From positions 40,548,001 through 40,612,000 of the forward strand of contig OX597816.1 of NCBI GenBank assembly GCA_951406725.2: 64,000 bases of DNA, written 5' to 3'. This DNA comes from Octopus vulgaris. Taxonomy: Eukaryota. Both the position numbers and the translations under genes were made by a program. Shown piece by piece: positions 52,991 to 64,000 of the stretch (position 1 is the stretch's first letter; every line of letters begins with the position of its first letter). The notes under the pieces were generated by a model that was not told the origin of the DNA, did not search any database, and saw only the letters and a list, made by a program, of their open reading frames with translations.

Positions 52991-54944
52991 TATTTATGCG
53001 TGCATGTGTGTGTATTTGTACGCATCCATGCCTATGTGTTTGTAGACGCTCTCGTGTACAGTTTTCTTTTAGGGCACTTATTTTATGAAGTATTTGTCTC
53101 CCTGGGGCTGGTTAGTAGAGTCGTTATAACGACAGAAGAAACGATGCGCATTATTTATTTATTTATATTCTGTTGTTTGCACTCTGGATTCAAAATCCTT
53201 CAGTAAGAACCAATGCCGTGCGAAGGATTGGCGGAGTCTTTAAAGTATCAAATTGGATCCCTCATCGAACGTCGCCGTGGCCTACATCAATGCTAGACGT
53301 AACTCATCACAATGTTTCATATCGCTAATTGCTCTGTGCCTACTTTTAGTGAAATCCTCATCTTTGCAAGCTTTAAAACCAGGTTTCCTATTGGAGGATA
53401 TCCTTATTCCGTCATCCTACGAGTCTGGGGCTCCCTATGAATAATTATGACTCATCTGCCTGGCTTTCCTCTTCTGGCTCTGCTATAAAAATAGAGCCGA
53501 TATTAACATATGTTTATCTTAACTGGCGGTGGGATTGATCGCACAATAACAAAGTGAACAATTTAACCGCATATCTATGCCTGACATGAGCCACACACAC
53601 ACACACACATGCAATATTATGTTATATAACAGACATATAATTGTGACTGCAAATTGAAATGATTCATACGCGAATATATGAGCAGAAAACAAAATAAATC
53701 CCTGGTGGATGATGGAAACAGAAACCATGCCTCAGAATTGATATCATGACTGCTATACTACTACGCTCCGTTTAAACTAACAAAATAAGTCACCTGTATT
53801 TACATATCTGAGATTGTATTTGTTCAACCTAGCATGCACGGAGTAGGGCATCTTAGACGTTTATTTACTTTCACTTTCGCTATCACCGTCACGAAGTTTC
53901 GATTGATCGAGTTTGTCTTTTGACACGAGTTTAGCGAACCTCGTCGAATTCGATCGGGCGATCGAAATAACGCATTAAATGCTTCATTTACAATGTCAAT
54001 ATATCAAGGCTGTCATGACTCAATATTCTATAATAATATGCACCACTGACGTCATATATCACATCTAATATATCCAAACACCAAGATATTCCGTGCCTCT
54101 GCTTTTTCATCAGTTACTTTCCTTGCTTGATTGCTTGCTTATTTGAGTGGCTAAATCTTGTATCTCAGGAACAACGGAAACAACTACTGAAGCCGAGAAG
54201 TCCATCTATTTTTTTTTCTCAAATATTTCTTAGCAAAACAGAATTTAAAACTTCTTGTTATACTTTTTTTTATAGAAATTTTGCTATTTTAACAATGCTT
54301 TCGATGTATGCATTCATTTTTATTCGAATCAACGAAATCAGTCATACGAAAAATGAAATTCAATAGAAGAATTTTTTGATACGATACGATGATAGCCTTG
54401 CGCAATAGTATAAAATATTGAATTTTGACAGACTTGGTGCATTGATACTAACGGTTATAATAATTAATTGTAAAAAAGAAATCGTTCAGGTAGTGACAAC
54501 ATATGTAAAGAAAACTTTGTTTTGATTCTTTTCTGACTTAATCAGTGGAGAAATGGCTGGGCTCAAGAGCATTTTAGAGTATCTGAAACTTGCGAGAGGG
54601 GGTTAGATATTATCATCAGAATGAAAATATATCTTGAATCCTTACAACAGAGTGAATTCGAATGATATCATTAATAGACCCAGTGGTGGTGTTAAGCAGG
54701 GAGACGGATTAAATCAACTCAACAAAATACCAGAACGGTCTCTCGAACAGCTTCTACGCATTTACCATCTACTAAAATTTTGAACTTACGCACTGCTAGT
54801 GAAATATTTTCCCAGTGTACCAAGCGGCGAGATTTATTATTGATGCTCTACAGTTCTGAAGCGAACTTGTTAACCAGAAAGCTATGTCCTAATAGCAAGT
54901 ATATGAAATAAAATCGTATTCGTTATCAATATTGTACTAAATCA

Positions 54945-56150
54945 AGGCTGTGACCTGGCAGAATCGATAGTACATCGGCCAGAATGTTTAGCGGCATTTC
55001 GTCCCTATTTACGTTCTGAGTTTAATTTTCGCCGAGGTCAACCTTACCTTATATTATTTGGAGACGATAAAATAGGTACATCCCTGATATTCATGACCTT
55101 GTACTGACATTTGAAATCAATATTATGCAAAGTCATTTCTGAGTCGGGCATAATTTCTTGCAGTATTTATGTACGATACGTTACACTCCGAATTCAAATT
55201 TCTCTGAGGTTAACTTTCCCTCCCCTCCAGTATTGACAACCATAAAGCACCAGTGAAGTGCCGCAGCCGATGATAACAACTAGCGCCTACCCTCAAGTTT
55301 CTGATCTGCTTTTATCAGAAACAATTAGAGCGCGGATAAATAGAATACCTTGTGGTATTTCTTCTGGATCCGTATATTCTGAGTGTAAGCCACATCGAAG
55401 CTAGGTTTGCATTTTCGCTCTGGGGTCGATACTATAACATAGCAGTCAAGTATTTGTGTCAATTTAATCAATTCAAATACATTAAAATATCAAGTCTTTA
55501 TCTATGTTATTAACATCAATAGTCTAAGCAATTAGGGCGGTGAGTTGGCAGACTTGTTTGCACACAGGAAAAATCTTTAGCGGCATTTCGTCCATTTTTA
55601 CATTCTGAGTTCAAATAACACCAAGGTCGAGTTTGCTTATCATCCTTTCGGGGTCGATAAAATAAGTACAAGTTGAGTGATGAGGTCGATGTAATCGACA
55701 CATCCCCTCACATGAAATTACTGGCCTTGTGCCAAAATTTGAAATCAATATTCTAAGCAATCAGTGAACAAGAAATGTCTTGCGCTATATCTAGTTAGTA
55801 TCGCTTATGTTCTGTGTTGAACTCTTAACGAGGTCAGCCTTGCATTTCATCTTTCCAGTGGGCGATAAAATACAATATCAGTCAAGGATTAGGGCCTATC
55901 TAATCGACTGATACCCAATCTCGCCAATTTCGTTGCTTTAACTAAAAAAAGAATAATATTATACAGCAGGCAAAATATAATATTTAGTTATATCTCTTTA
56001 CGTCTGAAACCAAATTTCGGAGCGTAAACCTACTTCTGCAAGTTTCCTTGTGGTTGATAACATAAAGAACCAGTCGCCTACCAGATACACTGAAAAAGAC
56101 TATATCTTTCCTCCAAAATATATGTCCTTATGCCTATATTAGAATCAGAA
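54945..56150 (+). repeat. Head-to-tail run of about six highly diverged SINE B-like units
   Basis: Recurrent ttctgagttcaaat...aggtc.acttt.c.tttcat...ggggtcgataaa...acca motif at roughly 200-bp spacing. Confidence 0.55.
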
Positions 56151-56795
56151 TTATAGCATATTAATAACGTTGATAAATTGTTTTCCTCAATAACAGTTTG
56201 TATAGAAAATGAAAACTACGAAACCCTTCTGCAGGAAAATATCTGATTTTTTGTTGGTGTAAAATAGTTATTATTTCGAAATAAAGTTAGCTGCGATCAA
56301 TAAAGCTCATACGATAAGGATTTCACAGGTTGCAATTTTCTATATAAATCATTCTATGCGAAAATATTTTACAGTGAAAACAGAGCTGATGGCGCATAAA
56401 TAAACCCGAAAACAAGTATTACCGAAAATTTTAAGCAATTTACTCTACTCTTTTCCAAAAAAAACAAGAAACAAATGAACAAAAAACAAACACAATAAAT
56501 AATAACAAGAGAACGTGAGCAACGGTAAAAAACATTTGTCTTCCCTCAACTCAAGGCTGTATTACTTTCTATGGAATGCTATAAGTATCGCAATTGCTCC
56601 GGATTAAAAGAAACGTGGTGATGCATTAGGGTAGAAAGAGACATTTTCATTTTCAGGGGGTAAATAAACTTGAATCTTGTATATTACTGGGGTTAGTTGA
56701 TTAGATCAATTGTTACTAGTCCTAATATTGATAGACCAACCCTTATTTTGGACAACAACAACAACAACAACAACAACAATAATAATAATAATGAT

Positions 56796-56832
<37 letters not shown>

Positions 56833-57310
56833 GTCTTGGTATAAAAGATGGTCTACAGCAAATATTCTGCTCAATACCACAGATTTGCTTGTCAGTTGTT
56901 TGACCTTAACCAGTTGAGCATGTCCCTTAGTGGTTGACGATATGTGCATCTCTGATCACGAGCAGAAGTAGTGGGGAGCATCATAGCCATGTGTTGAGAG
57001 GGATTCTTTGGAGTTTGAATAATTCACCTCTGGAAACATGGGTGGTTCTTTCAACATCCTTAAACAAGCCCTTATTCAGGGACCTTTTGAGCGGGATGGG
57101 CTACTAAACCTGAAGAAAATTCTAACTGGGCCCCCACCTGCAAGGTCATGTGCTGTTTATCTTGATATGAGATCACCATGTCGCGCACATATGGTTGTGA
57201 TGCATGTGCCTGGTGTACCCTTATCAGACGGGTAGTCATGATGGGTATGTTGGGCTTCGTATATTTTAGCCTAGTGTCACTTTGATGCCATGAACTGCTC
57301 TCTCACTCAA
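56833..57310 (+). mobile_element. Non-coding element inserted in (TAA)n (probable non-autonomous partner of Dong/R4)
   Basis: Bounded by (AAT)n on both sides; its 3' end gtcactttgatg.catgaactgctctctcactcaat recurs inverted at 59521-59556, again in (TAA)n. Confidence 0.5.
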
Positions 57311-57347
57311 TAATAATAACAATAATAATAATAATAATAATAATAAC

Positions 57348-57395
<48 letters not shown>

Positions 57396-57399
57396 TAAA

Positions 57400-58901
57400 G
57401 AATAAGAACAAAAACATAAACAAAGAAAATAAAGGTGGGGAGGAAAGAAAAATTCAGTGCAACAATGCTCTTCTCGGTACGTGTGACGTACCAGTTATGA
57501 CAAACATTTGCACTTCCTGCTTGAGTGGTAAGCCTGTCATCCCTCTTAAAAATTTTCAGTTCCTTTTTCGATCATTCCAAGTGCTCCTACAATCACTGGT
57601 GTTGTAACCGTCTTGCGATGCCACATCTTTTCCAATTCGATTAGCAAATCTTTATATTTTCTGAGCTTATTAAATTTTTTCGCCGAGATATGCTCATGTC
57701 GATCAATAAACAAACTTTATTGTTTTGGCCTTTCACAACAATATCTAATTTATTTGTTTTGATGGTTCGATTTTTACACACTGTAATGTCCCAAATAATC
57801 GTTACATTTTCTCCCTCAGTAACAGTCTCAGGTGTAGGTGCTTGTACCATTTCTCAGCAGTTTTGAATATATGATGCCGACACATTATCCAATGCAGATA
57901 TTGGCCAATTCTGTCATGTTTTGATCTGTACTCTACATGCACTAAAAGTTTACACCCAGAGGTTAGGTGGTCCACTGTCTCAATCTCATCATTGCAGTAA
58001 CTGCACTTTGTATCTACTCCATATTTCATCACACTGGATTGATAGTTCCCGGTCAATAAAGTGTGATCTTGAGCAGCCAAGATAAAGCCTTCACTCTGCC
58101 TTTAGCTCTGAGATCCGTAGCTACTGATGAGTGTGGTTCTCGTGTACATCAGCTTGTTTGCTATGGGCCAAATATTTGCCATACAGAATTTTTCTTCCCA
58201 CCTATCAGCCAATTGTTCATAAGCAATTTGCTTTGTTATTGATCTCATCTTCTTTGCAACTACAGTTGCCGCACTTCCATCATACTATTCAACCCGTGTG
58301 TTATGCATAAACTCACTTGAACAGTTTTTTCTCTCCTTTATAACAGAATGAAGCTTCTTGCGTCTTTCGTGATTTTCAATGAGCTTCATCATCCAGTCGT
58401 TAGACGTTCCTAGATATTTTGTCAATCCATTTGCCGTGGTTTTGTAAGAGATTTCAAATTTGATCAAGCCTCGATCTCCTTGAACTCCTGGAAGGTAAGG
58501 ACGAGCTGTGTCTGCCTTTGGGTTGTGCATCATATTGTAAGTCAGCAGCTTACGGACTTTCTTGTCAATTTTCTTTATTTCGCTATTTCTGTTCAACACA
58601 TTGAAACAGTAAATAACAACCAAAACAGGTAAGGTACTTTTAGTTAACACCTTGATACGTGCACTTAACTTAGATATTAGGTCTGCTTGAACTCACCTGT
58701 AACATTCCTTCCTGATCTTCTCTTTCATGCTTTCATGTTGAATGACAGAGCCCCCATTTATTCCGAGGTATTTGTAACCTTTGTTCCTGTTCGAGGTCAA
58801 TTGTGTCAACATCTAACAAAAGTGAATGTGAAGCCATCAATTTCCTTTCCTGGAAAGTGGCCTTGGCACATTTATCAAGACCGAATTCCATCCCGATATC
58901 T
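57400..58901 (-). mobile_element. Dong/R4-clade non-LTR retrotransposon, 5'-truncated and frameshifted
   Basis: RT end DIGMEFGLDKCAKA and YKYLG; CCHC knuckle KCSYCNDEIETVDHLTSGC; REL region IIWD...DIVV...LLIDMS; MW...PVIVGALG C-terminus; inserted in (TAA)n. Confidence 0.85.
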
Positions 58902-58925
58902 ATTATAATTATCATCATCATCATG

Positions 58926-58985
<60 letters not shown>

Positions 58986-58989
58986 CAGT

Positions 58990-59507
58990 AGTTTCATACT
59001 TATAACACACTTTCACTTCAGTACCGAGCGCAGCTCTGTATACCTTGGGTATGTGCTGTGGTTTGCTGTGATGCTCTTATGGTTACTGTATTGAAAGTGT
59101 TTTGCGTAGGATGTGTGTAGTGCCCAGTAATGCAATTTTCTGTATGCTATATATATTTGTATGTCCTGGTGTTTTGTTATGTATTTCTCTGAATATTCTT
59201 TTATCATACCTCATGCGCTTATTATGATAGGAATTGTTTCTATTTTTAGACTCTGTCATTCAACATTCAACATTCGAGTTACCTCTATTTCCAGGTCTTT
59301 GTATTTTGAAAGTTTCTCCATTTCTTTTAGAGACACGTTGTCATCTGATGGTATTGATACATCGATTAGAAAGCATGTTTTTTCTTGATGAACTCTGACA
59401 ACTATATATGGCCTATTGGCCTTACTTTCTCCGTGTGTATTGGCATATCCCAGAGTATGGTTACTTTCTCGTTTTCTGTGACCTTTTCTGGTGTGAGCCT
59501 ATACCAT
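58990..59507 (-). mobile_element. Dong/R4-clade LINE 3' end, same family as 41659-41947
   Basis: Minus-strand PEKVTENEKVTILWDMPIHT...CFLIDVSIPSDDNV...KYKDLEIEVTR; 3' UTR similar to 41850-41945. Confidence 0.8.
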
Positions 59508-59567
59508 CTTTATTATTATTATTGAGTGAGAGAGCAGTTCATGCCATCAAAGTGACTATTATTATTA

Positions 59568-59626
<59 letters not shown>

Positions 59627-59779
59627 GTGGAGGCGAATCAAAAGTTTTGCAACATTTGCATACGTCCTAGTTTGCAGCGTGTATATCACATAACCGAAGT
59701 AGTTCAAGTCGTGACATTTTCCCGCTGATATTGTGTCAGCTGGTGCACTTTCACGTTGGGTATTGCTTTATTCCGTATA

Positions 59780-60790
59780 TGAGTATAAGACTTGAACGCC
59801 ACTAAGATAGACGTGCAACACAATCTAATTCAGAAACTTAACCTATATGAATTCGAATTGAGTGGACCATAACGCCACCGAAGCAACCAAAATAATTTGT
59901 TGTTCTATAGGTGAAGGCGTGGTTAATTACTGATAGTTCATGAAATTTCGTTCAGGTTACAAGAAACTTGATGATCAGTCAAGGTTAACTATGCCTAAAA
60001 CCGTGGATATTGAGGACGAGCAACGAGGCAGAGAAACTGCCGGTGAGTAGCACTCGGAGAGTATCAGGACATATCGGCATCTCATGGATGTATGACATTG
60101 TGCGTCAAAAATAAGCGGAATTGGTTAACAGAAAGTATGCTCAGAAAGACGGCGAACTGGCAGAGTCGTTAGCACGCCGGGCGAAATGCTTAGCGGTATT
60201 TCATCTAACATTACGTTCTGAGTTCAAATTCCGCCGAGGTCGACTTTGCCTTTCATCCTTTCGGGGTCGATTAAATAAGTACCAGTTACACACTGAGGTC
60301 GATTTAATCGACTTAATCTGTTTGTCTGTCATTGTTTGTTCTCTCTGTGTTTAAGCCCCTTGTGGATAGTATAGAAATAGGTATTTCGTCTGCCGTTACT
60401 TTCTGAGTTCAAATTCCACCAAGGTAGACTTTACCTTTCATCCTTTCGGGGTCGATAAATTAAGTACCAATTGCGCTGGATTAAGTCGTTGTAATCGACT
60501 TAATCCCTTTATCTGTCCTTGTTTGTCCCGTCTATGTTTTGCCCCTTGTGGGCAATAAAGAAATAAGAAAGTATGCTCTTCAACAGCAAGGCAACAAGAC
60601 ACGTCTGTTCTGTTCCATGGCTCACTTCATTTGGTCGCGACGCTTCATCAGCCAAGAGAATATGGAAGATTCAGTAAAGGAGTTCTTCGCTTCGAGGTAC
60701 ACGAACTGGTATAAGCGCGGGATCAGAAGAACTGCCAGAAAGTTGGCTTCAGAGGATGCATCACGATGCTAGACTACTTTTGTTATAACT
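59780..60790 (+). mobile_element. Decayed mariner transposon with internal deletion, interrupted by a SINE
   Basis: N-terminal HTH remnants (YEFEL..NATEATKIICC..GEG; KFRSGYKKLDDQ.R...PKTVD) and C-terminal remnants (LFCSMAHFI..RRF..QENMEDSVKEFFASR..NWYKRGI). Confidence 0.65.
60149..60565 (+). mobile_element. Dimeric SINE B
   Basis: 13-bp TSD agaaagtatgctc at 60130-60142 and 60566-60578. Confidence 0.85.
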
Positions 60791-61115
60791 TGAATGAAGC
60801 AACTAGATACCAAAATATGGCAAAACATTTTATTCAACACAATATTATTATTGCTGCTGTTGAACGATTATAAGTAAATACATAAGTAAATATAAGTAAA
60901 TACATAAACGCTGAATCTATACAGCAATAGAAAGTATATTTTTTTATTTACTTCTTTGAGGAGAAAAATAAAATATATAAACGCGTGCTTTGTTTGGAAA
61001 AAACATTCGGTTGTTCGGTGCAAGTACGCATTAGAACAGAATGTATATTTGCGCTATTCACGAAGACAAAACAAGCATGCACACAAAACAAAGACAAACG
61101 CATACACGTGAATTC

Positions 61116-61187
<72 letters not shown>

Positions 61188-61254
61188 TGTATGTGTGTGT
61201 GCCTGTTGTGTGAGTCTGTGTGTGTGTGATTGTGTGTGTGTATAATAATAATAT

Positions 61255-61323
<69 letters not shown>

Positions 61324-61416
61324 GATAATAAAACGAATGCCTTTCATTTGCCACATGCATATATACATACACACACACACACGTACACACACACATACAC
61401 ACACATGCGCCCACAC

Positions 61417-61453
<37 letters not shown>

Positions 61454-61772
61454 ATGTGCGTGTTTTCACTTGTTAACAATGCAACCACACCTATTAATAG
61501 TATGTTTAGATGCAAGACAAAATATAAAATGCAAGAGGGAAAACGTAATCGGAATTAATTGGAATAGCATCCCAAAGCGAGGCTGACAGAATGAGAAGAG
61601 AAAATCGGTCGTAGAGAAATACCTATCCTTTTAAATTAAAATCTACTGGACTCTAAGCAAGAGGCAATAAACATGAACACAGTTAAGTAATATAGCAATA
61701 AAAATATAAGTAAATAACTATAGCAATTACATATTTTGCGACACAAGATTTTTATCCGATTTTCGACCTTTA

Positions 61773-61831
<59 letters not shown>

Positions 61832-62079
61832 CACACGAATTTACTCACATACGTACTCCCGCTTGCACTAATGCATGAGTGTATATATTTGTGTGTGTGT
61901 GTGTGTATGTAATTATTGTGTGTTTATAATATATGCATGTATATATATGTATATATGTTTATATATATGTATATATATGTACATATATATATATACATAT
62001 ATATACATGCATATCTATATATAGGTATATATGTATATATATGTATACATACGTATATATATGTATATATATATATATG

Positions 62080-62128
<49 letters not shown>

Positions 62129-62840
62129 TATATACACCATCGTGTGTTTTTGTTGGTAAGCATATGCTAGCGCGTAACCGGGCTTATGAGTGTGTGTGGG
62201 TGTGCGTGCAGATATATTTTTGTATGAATCTGTATTCATAAATGTGTGTTTGTGTGTGTATGCACATATACATATGCATGTGTGTTTGTATATTCTTTTC
62301 TTCATAACAGCAGTACTGTCTTATATTTCTGCCTCTTCTCTCGCTCCTTAGAAATTCTTCTTCGACCATCCTTAGATTTATCGTGTTTTCTCTGCATGCG
62401 TTCTAAATAGAAAGAAAACGGTAAATCAAAATTGGCAAAACGAGTAAGTTCGTCTCTTAACAGCGTTCATAAGAGACTATTGTTGAGCTATCTACTGCAG
62501 ACGAAATCACAGTAGATGCCTTGGAAAAATCAATGGATTTCCAAGATCCATTCTTCAAATTCAAAGAAAGGAAATATAATTTTCTTGCTCACATGCAATG
62601 GTCGAAATCAAACGTAGATCTACTGGACAGTATTATAAGAAGTGCGAATAGCTACACGAATGAGAACACGGACACTATAGTTCTAAAGAGCACCACGAAC
62701 TTTACTATACAATTGACTCTCCGTAAGATTGTCATGAAGTTGAATGATTCGATGGAAGATACATTGACAACAAAATAGAAACAAACGCTATAAAATAAAT
62801 ACAACTATATATATATATATTTACATACATACACACACAT

Positions 62841-62901
<61 letters not shown>

Positions 62902-63448
62902 CACACACATATATATATACATACATAAATATATACATACGTTCATGCATGCATACATACGTACACACACACACATATATATAAAAATATATTTGTAATA
63001 ATAAGAAACATTAAATTCACCAGAAAGGCAAATACTTAGTTTCAGATGCCAGTGGCTACTATATAAAAAGAGAAATAAAGTGTGGATATGGTTATCCTAA
63101 GATCTAATCTTGTAAATGGTATACCAAGTGGATGAATTTGTCCCCTAAATATAAAAGGGAAATGAAAATAGCTCCATCCTCAGTAGCTTGTATCTTTGAA
63201 TTTGTAGATTGTGCAAAGTGTCAAGCACAAAACAGTTTGCACGGATTTGATAATGACAGATTTTAAAGATTGTTTATAATAATATGGAAACAAATTTTCA
63301 CCCCATTACCCCATATTCAATCTTGTCATCTTGTGATTAGTTGTTGGAGCAGAAACTCAAACATTAGAAATAAATATGTGGTTTATTTTTCCCTCTGAAA
63401 AAGTAGTTGATCAACGGCCAATAAACTATAACCTAAATGATTTAGGTT

Positions 63449-63483
<35 letters not shown>

Positions 63484-63499
63484 GGTTTACAACATTATA

Positions 63500-63905
63500 A
63501 TGTTGATGTATATTAGTTTTATAAAAATCTCTGCATTCTCTATGAGTGTCATTATAACCATTTGACATTAACCTAGTTTTCCTAATGCTAAATCTGTTTA
63601 TCAAATAGTAGTAATTGGCATTGTAATGTGACAATCCTTTTCTATCTACCTAAATTTCTTTATATGGAACTTTGACATCTAGTTCACCCCTATTTCTATA
63701 AATAGAAAATCTTTCTTGTCTCCTTTCATTTGTCCATTCTTCTCAGAACCTTCTACCAGTTCATAGCAGCTGAATATTATTCAGTCAGTTGATAAACTCC
63801 ACTACCTTAAATGTTCTTAAATTTAAATCCACATTTTTATTCTATATATCTACCTTCTTTATAATGTTATCACTTGATATGAAAATTATGTATTAATGGA
63901 AAACC
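63500..63905 (-). pseudogene. Possible heavily decayed GIY-YIG (PLE) coding remnant
   Basis: Minus-strand fragments GSGVYQLT and TGRRF resemble the GVY...GxTxR motifs; many stops and frameshifts. Confidence 0.25.
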
Positions 63906-64000
63906 TCTATTAATGACTGATGAGTGCTCAGTATTTTAAAACTGTTGTAATACTTACAACATTTAATAAAATGGTGTAGTGCGAAACGATCGTACCAAAT

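Overview
AT-rich eukaryotic DNA saturated with microsatellites ((TA)n, (TAA)n, (CTA)n, (GA)n, (CA)n). The repeat landscape resembles an octopus (cephalopod) genome; this is an inference from the SINE types and microsatellite density. I found no convincing host protein-coding exon, and almost all ORF-track entries are microsatellite or SINE artefacts. Recognisable mobile DNA: four tRNA-derived SINE families, two non-autonomous Helitrons, a pogo/Tigger-like MITE, a decayed mariner, Dong/R4-clade LINE fragments piled into (TAA)n tracts, an inverted RTE fragment, and many Penelope-like element (PLE) remnants inserted into (TA)n, one with a GIY-YIG C-terminus. The main hidden signal is RNA structure. 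About 15 minimal type I hammerhead ribozyme (HHR) motifs occur, several with intact cores and two families with the compensatory U3-A8 core. Three sequence-divergent repeat families carry a hammerhead whose three strands are in a NON-circularly permuted, pseudoknotted order (cleavage strand, then GAAA strand, then CUGANGA strand), with conserved spacing and helices I and III preserved across different sequences. All structures were paired by eye; none was computed or tested.
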